Below are positions 56,593-64,000 of a DNA stretch of 64,000 nt, piece after piece. Location: assembly GCA_040772485.1 (NCBI GenBank), contig JAXGYC010000007.1:576001-640000 (forward strand), written 5' to 3'. Both the position numbers and the translations under genes were made by a program. This DNA is from Sedimentisphaerales bacterium (GTDB lineage: Bacteria; Planctomycetota; Phycisphaerae; Sedimentisphaerales; Anaerobacaceae). Within the stretch, counting starts at the first letter, position 1. Each line of letters begins with the position of its first letter. The notes below the pieces were generated by a model, which saw nothing but the letters and a program-made list of their open reading frames with translations, made no database searches and was not told where the DNA came from.

Positions 56593-57597
56593 TCATCCCA
56601 CCACCTTGATCGTCACGATGTCCTGCACGTCGATCAGACCGACCGGTCGGTCGTCGGCATCCACCACGGGCAGCTCGTCGATGCGGTACTTGTGGAAAAT
56701 CGCCGTGGCCTCTGAGGCGAGCGCATCGGCACGGATGCGCTTGCAGGGCGCCGTCATCACGTCGCCGACGCGGCGCCCGAAGGCGGCGGTCCCGTGCCGG
56801 GTCAGGAGCCGGCGCAGGTCGCCGTCGGTGACGATGCCCGCCAGATGTCCGCCGCCATCGACCACCATCACGGCGCCGTGGCGTTTCAAGTCGCGCGTGG
56901 CGGTCAGCATCGCCTGGACGGTCTGGTCGGCGTTCACGATGGGGAGCTTCTCGCCCGGCTGGAACATCATGGACTGCTCGACCGTCATCAACTGGCGCCC
57001 GAGGGAGCCGCCCGGATGGAACCGCACGTAGTCTTCGACGCGGAACTTCCGGGCCTTCATCACCGTGAACGCCAGCGCATCGCCGATCGTCAGCATGCAG
57101 GTCGTCGAAACGCTGGGCGCCACGCCCAGCGGACAGGCCTCGTTGACCTTGCCCATGCACAGGACCACGTCGCTGTAGCGGCCCAGCGTCGAATCCCAGT
57201 CGCTGGTCAGGGCAATCAAGCGAATCTGAAGCTGTTTGACCAGGTTGATCAGGCGGATGATCTCGTCGGTTTCCCCGCCGTAACTGAGCACCATCACGAC
57301 GTCGTTCTGCCGCAGCCGGCCCAGGTCGCCGTGCACCGCCTCGGCCGGGTGCAAAAAGTGGCTGGGCGTGCCCGTCGAAGCCAGCGTCGCGCTGATCTTG
57401 CGCCCGATGATCCCGGCCTTGCCGATCCCGCTGACGATGCACGAGCCGCTGCAATGGTAGATCATCTCCACAGCGCGGACGAACGACTCGTCCACGATCG
57501 GCGTCATGGCCGCGATCGCGTCGGCCTCGGCGCGAATCACGCTTCGCGCGTAATCGAGATCGAACTCCACCGTACTGTGACCCTCTTCTGTTTTCAT
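56593..57597 (-). CDS. kdsD: Arabinose-5-phosphate isomerase, KpsF/GutQ family (SIS plus 2 CBS)
   Basis: GIGKAG, ASTGTPS, EAVHGDLG, EACPLGVAPS, FHPGGSLG, GIVTDGDLRR. Confidence 0.93.
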   Translation of the reverse strand: MKTEEGHSTVEFDLDYARSVIRAEADAIAAMTPIVDESFVRAVEMIYHCSGSCIVSGIGKAGIIGRKISATLASTGTPSHFLHPAEAVHGDLGRLRQNDVVMVLSYGGETDEIIRLINLVKQLQIRLIALTSDWDSTLGRYSDVVLCMGKVNEACPLGVAPSVSTTCMLTIGDALAFTVMKARKFRVEDYVRFHPGGSLGRQLMTVEQSMMFQPGEKLPIVNADQTVQAMLTATRDLKRHGAVMVVDGGGHLAGIVTDGDLRRLLTRHGTAAFGRRVGDVMTAPCKRIRADALASEATAIFHKYRIDELPVVDADDRPVGLIDVQDIVTIKVVG

Positions 57598-57706
57598 GCT
57601 CCGCCAAATCGTTGGAGTCCATCGGTTGCCTACCGCCCCCCGAGCGGCCCCCTTATACGTCAGGAAGCAGGTCCGGTCAAGATCAATCACCCGCCCCTGG
57701 CCGGGC

Positions 57707-57856
57707 AAGCACGGAATCCGAAACGCGAAATTCGAAACAAACTCAAACCACGAAATCCGAATGTCTCCAATCGTACGAATCCGTATGGGGCTTCTCGGAT
57801 TTCAGACCTTGGTGCTTCGTGCTTGTTTCGAATTTCGCGATTCGGTATTCGTGCTT
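57707..57856. repeat. Palindromic heptamer element (GAAATCC-type), 150 bp
   Basis: aagcacggaatccgaaacgcgaaattcgaaacaa ... ttgtttcgaatttcgcgattcggtattcgtgctt. Confidence 0.85.
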
Positions 57857-57885
57857 CCTGCGAACCGCCACCGCATTCGCAGGAC

Positions 57886-59412
57886 CTACAGCTTGACCTC
57901 GCTGCCGCGCTCGTTGAAGCAGACGAGCTGGCGCTCCTCCCCGACGCAGTCCGGCGAGGAATGGATGACGACCCGCTTCTCGGCAAGCTGCTCGATCTGG
58001 GCGATGGCGGCGCGTTTCTCGTTCTGGAGATAGTCGGCCACCTCCGGCGAGACCGACAACTCGATCCGCTTGATGTGCTCTTCCGAGACCGCCAGGTTCA
58101 GCAGGCGGATGATCTCCAGGGCCAGCGATTCATGGCTCTTGACGAACCCGGTCCCGGCGCAGTGGGGGCAGGCCAGGTACGTGCTCAAGTGCAGCGATGG
58201 ACGCATCCGCTGGCGCGTCATTTCGATGACGCCGAACCGGCTGATCCGCAGGATCTTGGAACGGGCCCGGTCGGTCCGCACGGCCTCGCGGAAGGCCCGC
58301 TCGACCTCCTTGCGGTGCTTCTGGCTGCGCATGTCGATGAAGTCGCAGACGATCAGGCCGCCCAGGTCGCGCAGGCGCAGTTGCCGCGCAATCTCGACGG
58401 CCGCTTCCATGTTGCTCTCGAAGGCGGTTTGCTCAGCGCCTTCCTGTTTGCGGTGGCGCCCACTGTTGACGTCGATGGAGACCAGCGCTTCGGTCTGCTC
58501 GATAACGATCGAGCCGCCGCACTTCAGATCCACCGATCGCGACTGGACTTTGGCGATCTCCCCTTCAATCTGGTGTTTGTGAAACAGCGGGATTTTGCCG
58601 TCGTAATACGTCAGCTTGGGCTTCAGACGCGGCATCGCGATCGACAGAAAGTCCTTGATCTTCCGCACGGTGTTGTCTGAGTCGCAGATGATCTTGTCGA
58701 CCTTGCTGTTGAGCACGTCGCGCAGCGCCCGGATGACCAGATCAGATTCCTGGTAGATGTCCCCCGGCGCCTTCTCGCTGTCGATGCGGTTCAGCACGGC
58801 GCGCCAGAGCCGCTTGAGGTACCGCAGGTCGTTCTGGATGTCGCGTTTCGAGGCCCCCTGCCCGGCGGTCCGGATGATGTAGCCCATCCCCTTGGGCGGC
58901 GTGCTCTCGTCGAACACCTCGGCCAGCCGCTTGCGTTCGTCCTCGTCCTCGATCTTGTGCGAGATCCCGTACCCCTTCATCCAGGGCATCATCACCAGGT
59001 GCTTGCCCGGCAATGCCAGATACGTGCTCAGCGTCGGGCCTTTCGTCTTGAGCCCTTCCTTCGTCACCTGGACGACCAGCTCCTGGCCCCGGCGCAGGCA
59101 GTTCTGCATCGGCGGGCGGTCCTTCAGGGCCTGGCGCCGCCCGATGTTCTCGAGCACGTTGCCCTTCTGGCCGGGAAAGTACCGCGGGTGCACGTCGGAG
59201 ATGTGCAGGAAGCCGTTTCGGTCGATCCCGATGTCGATGAAGGCGGCCTGAATCCCCGACTCGATGTTGACGACGCGCCCCTTGTAGATGTTGCCGACGT
59301 GGGCGCCGACGCTGGCGCGTTCCACGTAGAGTTCCTCGAGCGCGCCGTTTTCCACGACGGCGACGCGGCACTCCTCTCGCTCGGCAACGTTGATCAACAT
59401 GTCTCGTGACAT
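57886..59412 (-). CDS. Rne/Rng family ribonuclease (catalytic domain only)
   Basis: GNIYKGRV, QAAFIDIG, VQVTKE, IDVNSG, EIARQLRLRDLGGLIVCDFIDM, CPHC. Confidence 0.95.
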   Translation of the reverse strand: MSRDMLINVAEREECRVAVVENGALEELYVERASVGAHVGNIYKGRVVNIESGIQAAFIDIGIDRNGFLHISDVHPRYFPGQKGNVLENIGRRQALKDRPPMQNCLRRGQELVVQVTKEGLKTKGPTLSTYLALPGKHLVMMPWMKGYGISHKIEDEDERKRLAEVFDESTPPKGMGYIIRTAGQGASKRDIQNDLRYLKRLWRAVLNRIDSEKAPGDIYQESDLVIRALRDVLNSKVDKIICDSDNTVRKIKDFLSIAMPRLKPKLTYYDGKIPLFHKHQIEGEIAKVQSRSVDLKCGGSIVIEQTEALVSIDVNSGRHRKQEGAEQTAFESNMEAAVEIARQLRLRDLGGLIVCDFIDMRSQKHRKEVERAFREAVRTDRARSKILRISRFGVIEMTRQRMRPSLHLSTYLACPHCAGTGFVKSHESLALEIIRLLNLAVSEEHIKRIELSVSPEVADYLQNEKRAAIAQIEQLAEKRVVIHSSPDCVGEERQLVCFNERGSEVKL

Positions 59413-59471
59413 ACTTTACATCCTCGTCATTTATCGCAATGCGCCGGCCGAGCGACCGGCGGATTCGAAGG

Positions 59472-60227
59472 TCAAGTGATAGTCCATGCGATGCCGGTGC
59501 GGCGCACCGGACCGCCCAGGTCCTGGGGCGCCAGCTCCAACAGGGGCATCAGTTCATCAACGCGAACGGACCCGGCGTCGCTGACGCCGCATTCAACAAT
59601 CGCCCGCGTCTCGTGCAATTCCATCGCTTTCAGAAACGGCCGGATGTCCACACGGCGTCCGGCCCGCCGCTCCGGCACGACCCGCTCGACCACCACGCTC
59701 TCGCGGGCCAGGATGTCACCGATTCGTTCTCGCAAGGCCTCGATGTCCGTCCGACCGTCCGCACGGTCGAGGTCGAAGACATACCGGGCCGACTCCGGCC
59801 GGAACGACACGTTCGATTTCATCAAGGCAACCGAGTGGACGACCAGACCCTCCGGAAGCGCCTCGCGCAGCGCCGCCTTCATCCGGTCCTCCCACGCCTG
59901 CCGCGCGCCGTCCGGGCCGTCTTCGGCCGGGATGCCCCGCGCGTCGAACAGCCGCAGGACCAGCAGCTCGTCGTCCGAGGCGACCCCCACCGGCCGCGGC
60001 AACGGCAGGGACAGCTTCGGATGCGGGTTGAATCCCTGGGAATACTTGACGGGCATGCCGGCACGCACGCAGGCTCGCTCGAACACGCGTAGCGTCTCGG
60101 CATGCGAAAGGAACCTCAGCAAACCATCGATCCCGAAACGAACCGCCGCCGTGGCGTCGGTCGCTCGGCCGGCACACGCCTGGTCCGGACGGCCGCGTGA
60201 GTTGTCCTTTGTCGCCTCTATGCCCAT
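59472..60227 (-). CDS. TIGR03936 / DUF2344 radical SAM-associated protein
   Basis: LRFLSH, FERA, YSQGFNPHPKLS, PVGVAS, VDIRP. Confidence 0.9.
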   Translation of the reverse strand: MGIEATKDNSRGRPDQACAGRATDATAAVRFGIDGLLRFLSHAETLRVFERACVRAGMPVKYSQGFNPHPKLSLPLPRPVGVASDDELLVLRLFDARGIPAEDGPDGARQAWEDRMKAALREALPEGLVVHSVALMKSNVSFRPESARYVFDLDRADGRTDIEALRERIGDILARESVVVERVVPERRAGRRVDIRPFLKAMELHETRAIVECGVSDAGSVRVDELMPLLELAPQDLGGPVRRTGIAWTIT

Positions 60228-60291
60228 CTCTGCTCGAATGGATGTGTTTCGTTCTTTGTCTTGTCCGTGTGCCGAGCGGTCCGTCGCCGCG

Positions 60292-62031
60292 TCAGAACGC
60301 CTCCGGCAGGACCTTGCGCGCCGCGTTGCGCAGGTAGTTCGAAATCTGCCGCTCGGAGTTCATGCCCAGCACCTTCCGCGTCAGGAGGTTGCAGTCCTCC
60401 AGTGTGACGCACCGGATGATCTGCTTGACCTCCGGGATCAGCGGCGCCGACAGCGACAGCGTGCGCACGCCGAGGCCCAGCAGGACCATGATGTACTCGG
60501 GCTCCGAGGCCATTTCTCCGCAGACACACAGGTCGATCTGCGCCTTGTACGCGTCCTGGATCACGGTGCGCACCAGCCGCAGGACCGCCGGGTCCGCCGG
60601 CGAGTACAGCGTCGAGACCAGCTCATTGCCCCGGTCCACCGCCAGCGTGTACTGCGTCAGGTCGTTGGTCCCGATGCTGAAGAAATCGCAGTCCCGCGCC
60701 AGCGTCGAGGCCGTCAGCGCCGCCGACGGCGTCTCGACCATGATGCCCACCTCCATGTCCCGGTTGTACGCGATGCCCTCTTCGTCCAGGTCTTCCATCA
60801 CGTCGTGCAGGATCATCTTGGCCTGCATCAGCTCCTGGATGCCCGAGATCAGCGGGAACATGACCTTGACGGGCCCCAGGACCGAGGCACGGAGGATCGC
60901 GCGGAGCTGCGTCTTGAACATCGCCAGATTCTGGAGGCAGAACCGGATGGAACGCAGTCCCAGAAACGGATTGGGCTCCGGGGCGAACCGCTTTCGCTGC
61001 GTGTACTTGTCGGCGCCGAGGTCCACCGTGCGAATCACCACGGGGCGGTCGCGGCAAATGTGCACGGTCTGGGCGTAGGCGCTGTAGTGTTCCTCCTCCG
61101 ACGGCTCGGTGGGCCGGTTCAGATAGAGGAACTCGGTGCGGTACAGGCCGATGCCCTCGCCGCCCTTGGCGAGCACGATCTCGGCCTCGTCAGGAAATTC
61201 GATGTTGCCCAGCAGGGTGATGCGCGCGCCGTCGCGGGTCTCGGCGGGCTTCTCGCGGATCGCGTCGAGCTTGTGTTCGAGGGCAATGAACTCCCGCGAA
61301 TACGCCTCGTACTGCTCGACCGTTTCCGCGTCGGGATCGACGATGACCAGTCCGCGGTTGCCGTCGACGATGACGGCGTCGCCGCCGCGGGCGATCTCCG
61401 TCAGGTCCTCCAGGGCCACGACCGCCGGGATGCCCAGCGAACGCGCCACGATGGCCGCGTGGCTGGTGCGCCCGCCGGCATCCGACGCGATGCCCTTGAC
61501 GAACGCCTTGTTGAACCCGGCCGTCTGGGTCGGGCTCAGCTCCCGCGCCACGACGATCACCTCTTCGCGCAGCCGGCCAAGGTCCTCCCGCTTGTCGCCG
61601 AGCAGGTGACGCAGCAGGCGACGCTCGATGTCGTAGATGTCCGCGGCCCGCTCGCTGATGTAGGTGTCCTTGGCCTCGGCGAACCGCGCGGCGAACCGGC
61701 GCAGCACCGAGGCGACCGCGTACTCGGCCGTAACCGATTCGTCGTGGATCAAGTCCGTGACCTGGCGCCGCAGGCTCCGGTCGCGCAGCAGACGCAGGTG
61801 CACCGCGAAGATATCCTTGATCCGCCCGCCGCCGGTCTGCGTCTGGGCCTGCTCCAACCCGCTCAATTCGTCGATCGCGTCGCCGAACGCATTCCGCGCG
61901 CGCTGGATCTCCACCATCCGCTGGGACGGCTCGATTTGCCGCCGGGGGATTCGGTAGTCCTCCGAATCGATGATCAGGCACTTGCCGATCGATACCCCCG
62001 GCGAAACAGCAATTCCCTTCTTTATCTCCAT
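60292..62031 (-). CDS. ptsI: PTS enzyme I (PEP-protein phosphotransferase)
   Basis: GIAVSPGV, GGRTSHAAIVARSLGIPAV, GIGLYRTEFL, EPNPFLGLR, MVETPSAA, FSIGTNDLTQY, CGEMA; no GAF domain. Confidence 0.95.
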   Translation of the reverse strand: MEIKKGIAVSPGVSIGKCLIIDSEDYRIPRRQIEPSQRMVEIQRARNAFGDAIDELSGLEQAQTQTGGGRIKDIFAVHLRLLRDRSLRRQVTDLIHDESVTAEYAVASVLRRFAARFAEAKDTYISERAADIYDIERRLLRHLLGDKREDLGRLREEVIVVARELSPTQTAGFNKAFVKGIASDAGGRTSHAAIVARSLGIPAVVALEDLTEIARGGDAVIVDGNRGLVIVDPDAETVEQYEAYSREFIALEHKLDAIREKPAETRDGARITLLGNIEFPDEAEIVLAKGGEGIGLYRTEFLYLNRPTEPSEEEHYSAYAQTVHICRDRPVVIRTVDLGADKYTQRKRFAPEPNPFLGLRSIRFCLQNLAMFKTQLRAILRASVLGPVKVMFPLISGIQELMQAKMILHDVMEDLDEEGIAYNRDMEVGIMVETPSAALTASTLARDCDFFSIGTNDLTQYTLAVDRGNELVSTLYSPADPAVLRLVRTVIQDAYKAQIDLCVCGEMASEPEYIMVLLGLGVRTLSLSAPLIPEVKQIIRCVTLEDCNLLTRKVLGMNSERQISNYLRNAARKVLPEAF

Positions 62032-62051
62032 GCCAGAGTCTGTGCGGCGGA

Positions 62052-62372
62052 TTACTTGGCGTCCTTGGACGGTTCCGGGTCGAACGTCTCGCGTTCGATG
62101 AAGGCACGCAGGGCGCCGACGGCCTCTTCGGCTCCGGGTCCCTGCGCGTGAATCTCCAGCGTCGTGCCAGGCCCGGCGGCCAGGCCGATCACGTGCATGA
62201 TGCTCTTGGCGTCGCCGAGCTCTGATCCGTTGCCGATGGCGATCTCGCAGTTGTATTGATTGGCCAGATCGACAAACTGCATGGCCGGGCGCATGTGAAG
62301 GCCGTTCTTGCTCTTGATCTGTACGGTGATCTGACAAACCGGATTGTCCAACGTTGCTTCTCCTGCCCACAT
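62052..62372 (-). CDS. ptsH: HPr family phosphocarrier protein
   Basis: NGLHMRPA (His15), DAKSIM (Ser46); exact start uncertain. Confidence 0.92.
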   Translation of the reverse strand: MWAGEATLDNPVCQITVQIKSKNGLHMRPAMQFVDLANQYNCEIAIGNGSELGDAKSIMHVIGLAAGPGTTLEIHAQGPGAEEAVGALRAFIERETFDPEPSKDAK

Positions 62373-62415
62373 GGCGATCCTCCTCGCCCCTATCCCGCCC
62401 GCCTTCCGAGTCGGG

Positions 62416-62889
62416 TCACCACGATGGGTTCTCGTCGGCCTCTTTCAAGAGGTCTTCAAAGGCCTCCGGCGTACGGCTCTGGCGCAGGAACTTGCGGAAC
62501 TTCTCCTTTTGCAGATGCCGGAAGATATTCTCCATCGCCTGGAGGTGTCGGTCGGCATTGTCCGGCGGGCTGATCAGCAGAATCACCGAATAGACCGGCT
62601 GCTCGTCCAGCGACGAGAAGTCGATCCCCGTGTCCGTCTGTCCGATCACCGCGACAACGTCGCGAACCGCCGGGTGCTTGACGTGCGGAATCGCCACGCC
62701 CTTGCCCATCCCGGTGCTCGCCTCGTTTTCTCTCTTGATCACCGCCTTGGCCACTTCGGCGGCCGATTCCGCCGGCAGCTTGCCCGCCTTGACCAGTGAC
62801 GAAACCAGCTCGGTGATGGCCCCGTTACGGTCGTGGGCCACCAACACCGGTATCGTGGCCTCGAAACACACAAAATCTTGAAACTTCAT
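62416..62889 (-). CDS. ptsN: PTS IIA component (fructose/nitrogen-regulatory type)
   Basis: KRENEASTGMGKGVAIPH, IDFSSLD..PV, HLQAM. Confidence 0.85.
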   Translation of the reverse strand: MKFQDFVCFEATIPVLVAHDRNGAITELVSSLVKAGKLPAESAAEVAKAVIKRENEASTGMGKGVAIPHVKHPAVRDVVAVIGQTDTGIDFSSLDEQPVYSVILLISPPDNADRHLQAMENIFRHLQKEKFRKFLRQSRTPEAFEDLLKEADENPSW

Positions 62890-62971
62890 TCTTCGCGTCC
62901 AGTCCTATTGTCCAGCCGTCATCTGTCTGTCGCCCTTCGGGGGCCCGACAGGTCCCGTTCCGGGCCGCCGT

Positions 62972-63298
62972 CTACGCCGGCTCGAACCCGCCTCCCGTGT
63001 GCTTGTTGTTCCGTTCCTTGGTCTTCTTGCGTCGCAACTGCTCCTCCAGCTTGCGAACCGCCGCGTCGATGCCCTTCAGGGCGTCCTCGGCCACCTCCGT
63101 GGCGACGAACACGTTGCTGTGCTCGCCCCTGGCAATGATTTCGACGCTGACCTTGCCCGCGGTCGCGTCGCCGTCGACGAGAACCTCCACCTGACTGACC
63201 GTGCTGTAGAATCTCGGCAGTCGCCCCGTTTTCTCCTCCGCGTACGCCTTGATCGCGTCGGTGATCGTGATGTGCTTGCCCGTGATTTTGAAAACCAA
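62972..63298 (-). CDS. hpf: Ribosome hibernation factor (HPF/RaiA)
   Basis: ITGKHITITDAIKAYAEEK...IDAAVRKLEEQLRRKK; TTG start after AGGAG. Confidence 0.92.
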   Translation of the reverse strand: MVFKITGKHITITDAIKAYAEEKTGRLPRFYSTVSQVEVLVDGDATAGKVSVEIIARGEHSNVFVATEVAEDALKGIDAAVRKLEEQLRRKKTKERNNKHTGGGFEPA

Positions 63299-63332
63299 TG
63301 CTCGTCTCCTTAATCAGCCATGATCCCCATTC

Positions 63333-64000
63333 TTACTGTTCCTGCGGCCGCTCCGTGTACGCGCGCGGCAACGCCACCGCCTCCTGACGGTCCGGGGCGA
63401 TAACACCGGCGCTGATGGCGAACCGGAACGCCTCCTCGATCGTCATGTCCAGAGCGATCGTCTGCTCCTTCGGCACCACAATCACGTAGCCGGTCACCGG
63501 GGTCGGTGAATTCGGGACCAGCACCGTCAGAAACTCCTTCTGCACGCTCTGCGTGATCCGCGCCAGGCCCGAACCCGTCACAAACCCGATCGACCAGAGG
63601 CCCTTGCGCGGGTATTCCACCGCCACCACGCGCGAGAACATCTTCTGCTTTTCTTCCTGCGTCAATACAAAATCGGTCACCTGCTTGACATAGGGGTACA
63701 CCCGCCGCAGGACGGGCGTGTTCATGATGAACACCTCGACCAGCCGCCACAGCGCCCGGCCCACCACGCTGGCCAGCAGCGCCCCGACGACGAAGACCAC
63801 CAGCAGCGCGATGATGAAGCCCACCGCCGAACCGGCCATCCCGTCGACGAAGATCCTCGTCAGGTCCTCGCGGGTGAGCCCGTGTTCGCCCTGAAACTGA
63901 AGGATGACCCAGACCAGGCCGCGGTTGATGTAGATGCTGACATTGTTTTTGATGACGCCATAACCCCATACGAGGATCCAAATCGTCAGCAACGTCGGCA
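63333..64000 (-). CDS. DUF502 membrane protein (5' end outside the window)
   Basis: P.L...Y..VKQ, VVAVEYPRKG.W..GFVT, VPNSPTPVTGY, LDMTIEEAF...SAG. Confidence 0.9.
   Translation of the reverse strand, partial: PTLLTIWILVWGYGVIKNNVSIYINRGLVWVILQFQGEHGLTREDLTRIFVDGMAGSAVGFIIALLVVFVVGALLASVVGRALWRLVEVFIMNTPVLRRVYPYVKQVTDFVLTQEEKQKMFSRVVAVEYPRKGLWSIGFVTGSGLARITQSVQKEFLTVLVPNSPTPVTGYVIVVPKEQTIALDMTIEEAFRFAISAGVIAPDRQEAVALPRAYTERPQEQ

Overview
High-GC (about 65% by eye) bacterial chromosomal segment. Gene content points to Planctomycetota, probably Phycisphaerae/Sedimentisphaerales (inference): GLUG-motif protein, lamin-tail/CotH protein, H-X9-DG-type prepilin protein, DUF1080, ThuA and Tat-exported Gfo/Idh/MocA enzymes. 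Positions 1-53.6 kb are mostly exported glycan-processing and cell-surface proteins, plus cca/rsmD. Positions 53.6-64 kb are housekeeping: tRNA-Arg(UCU), LptA/C-like, kdsC, kdsD, Rne/Rng, TIGR03936, PTS EI/HPr/IIA, hpf, DUF502. No integrase, transposase, CRISPR array or prophage was seen. Main observations: (1) a probably exported protein with both catalytic modules of a PEP-synthase-type dikinase in reversed order; (2) strong enrichment of D/E-P-N tripeptides in several exported proteins, a candidate modification sequon; (3) a histidine kinase fused to CoA-disulfide reductase-rhodanese with the rhodanese Cys replaced by Gly; (4) at least six short palindromic repeat families that nest inside one another and insert in frame into proteins, including a 198-bp array in a radical SAM SPASM domain; (5) a G8 homopolymer frameshift in a prepilin-type gene; (6) a seven-PPC-domain protein with no catalytic domain. 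Family calls come from motif recognition only; no searches were run.
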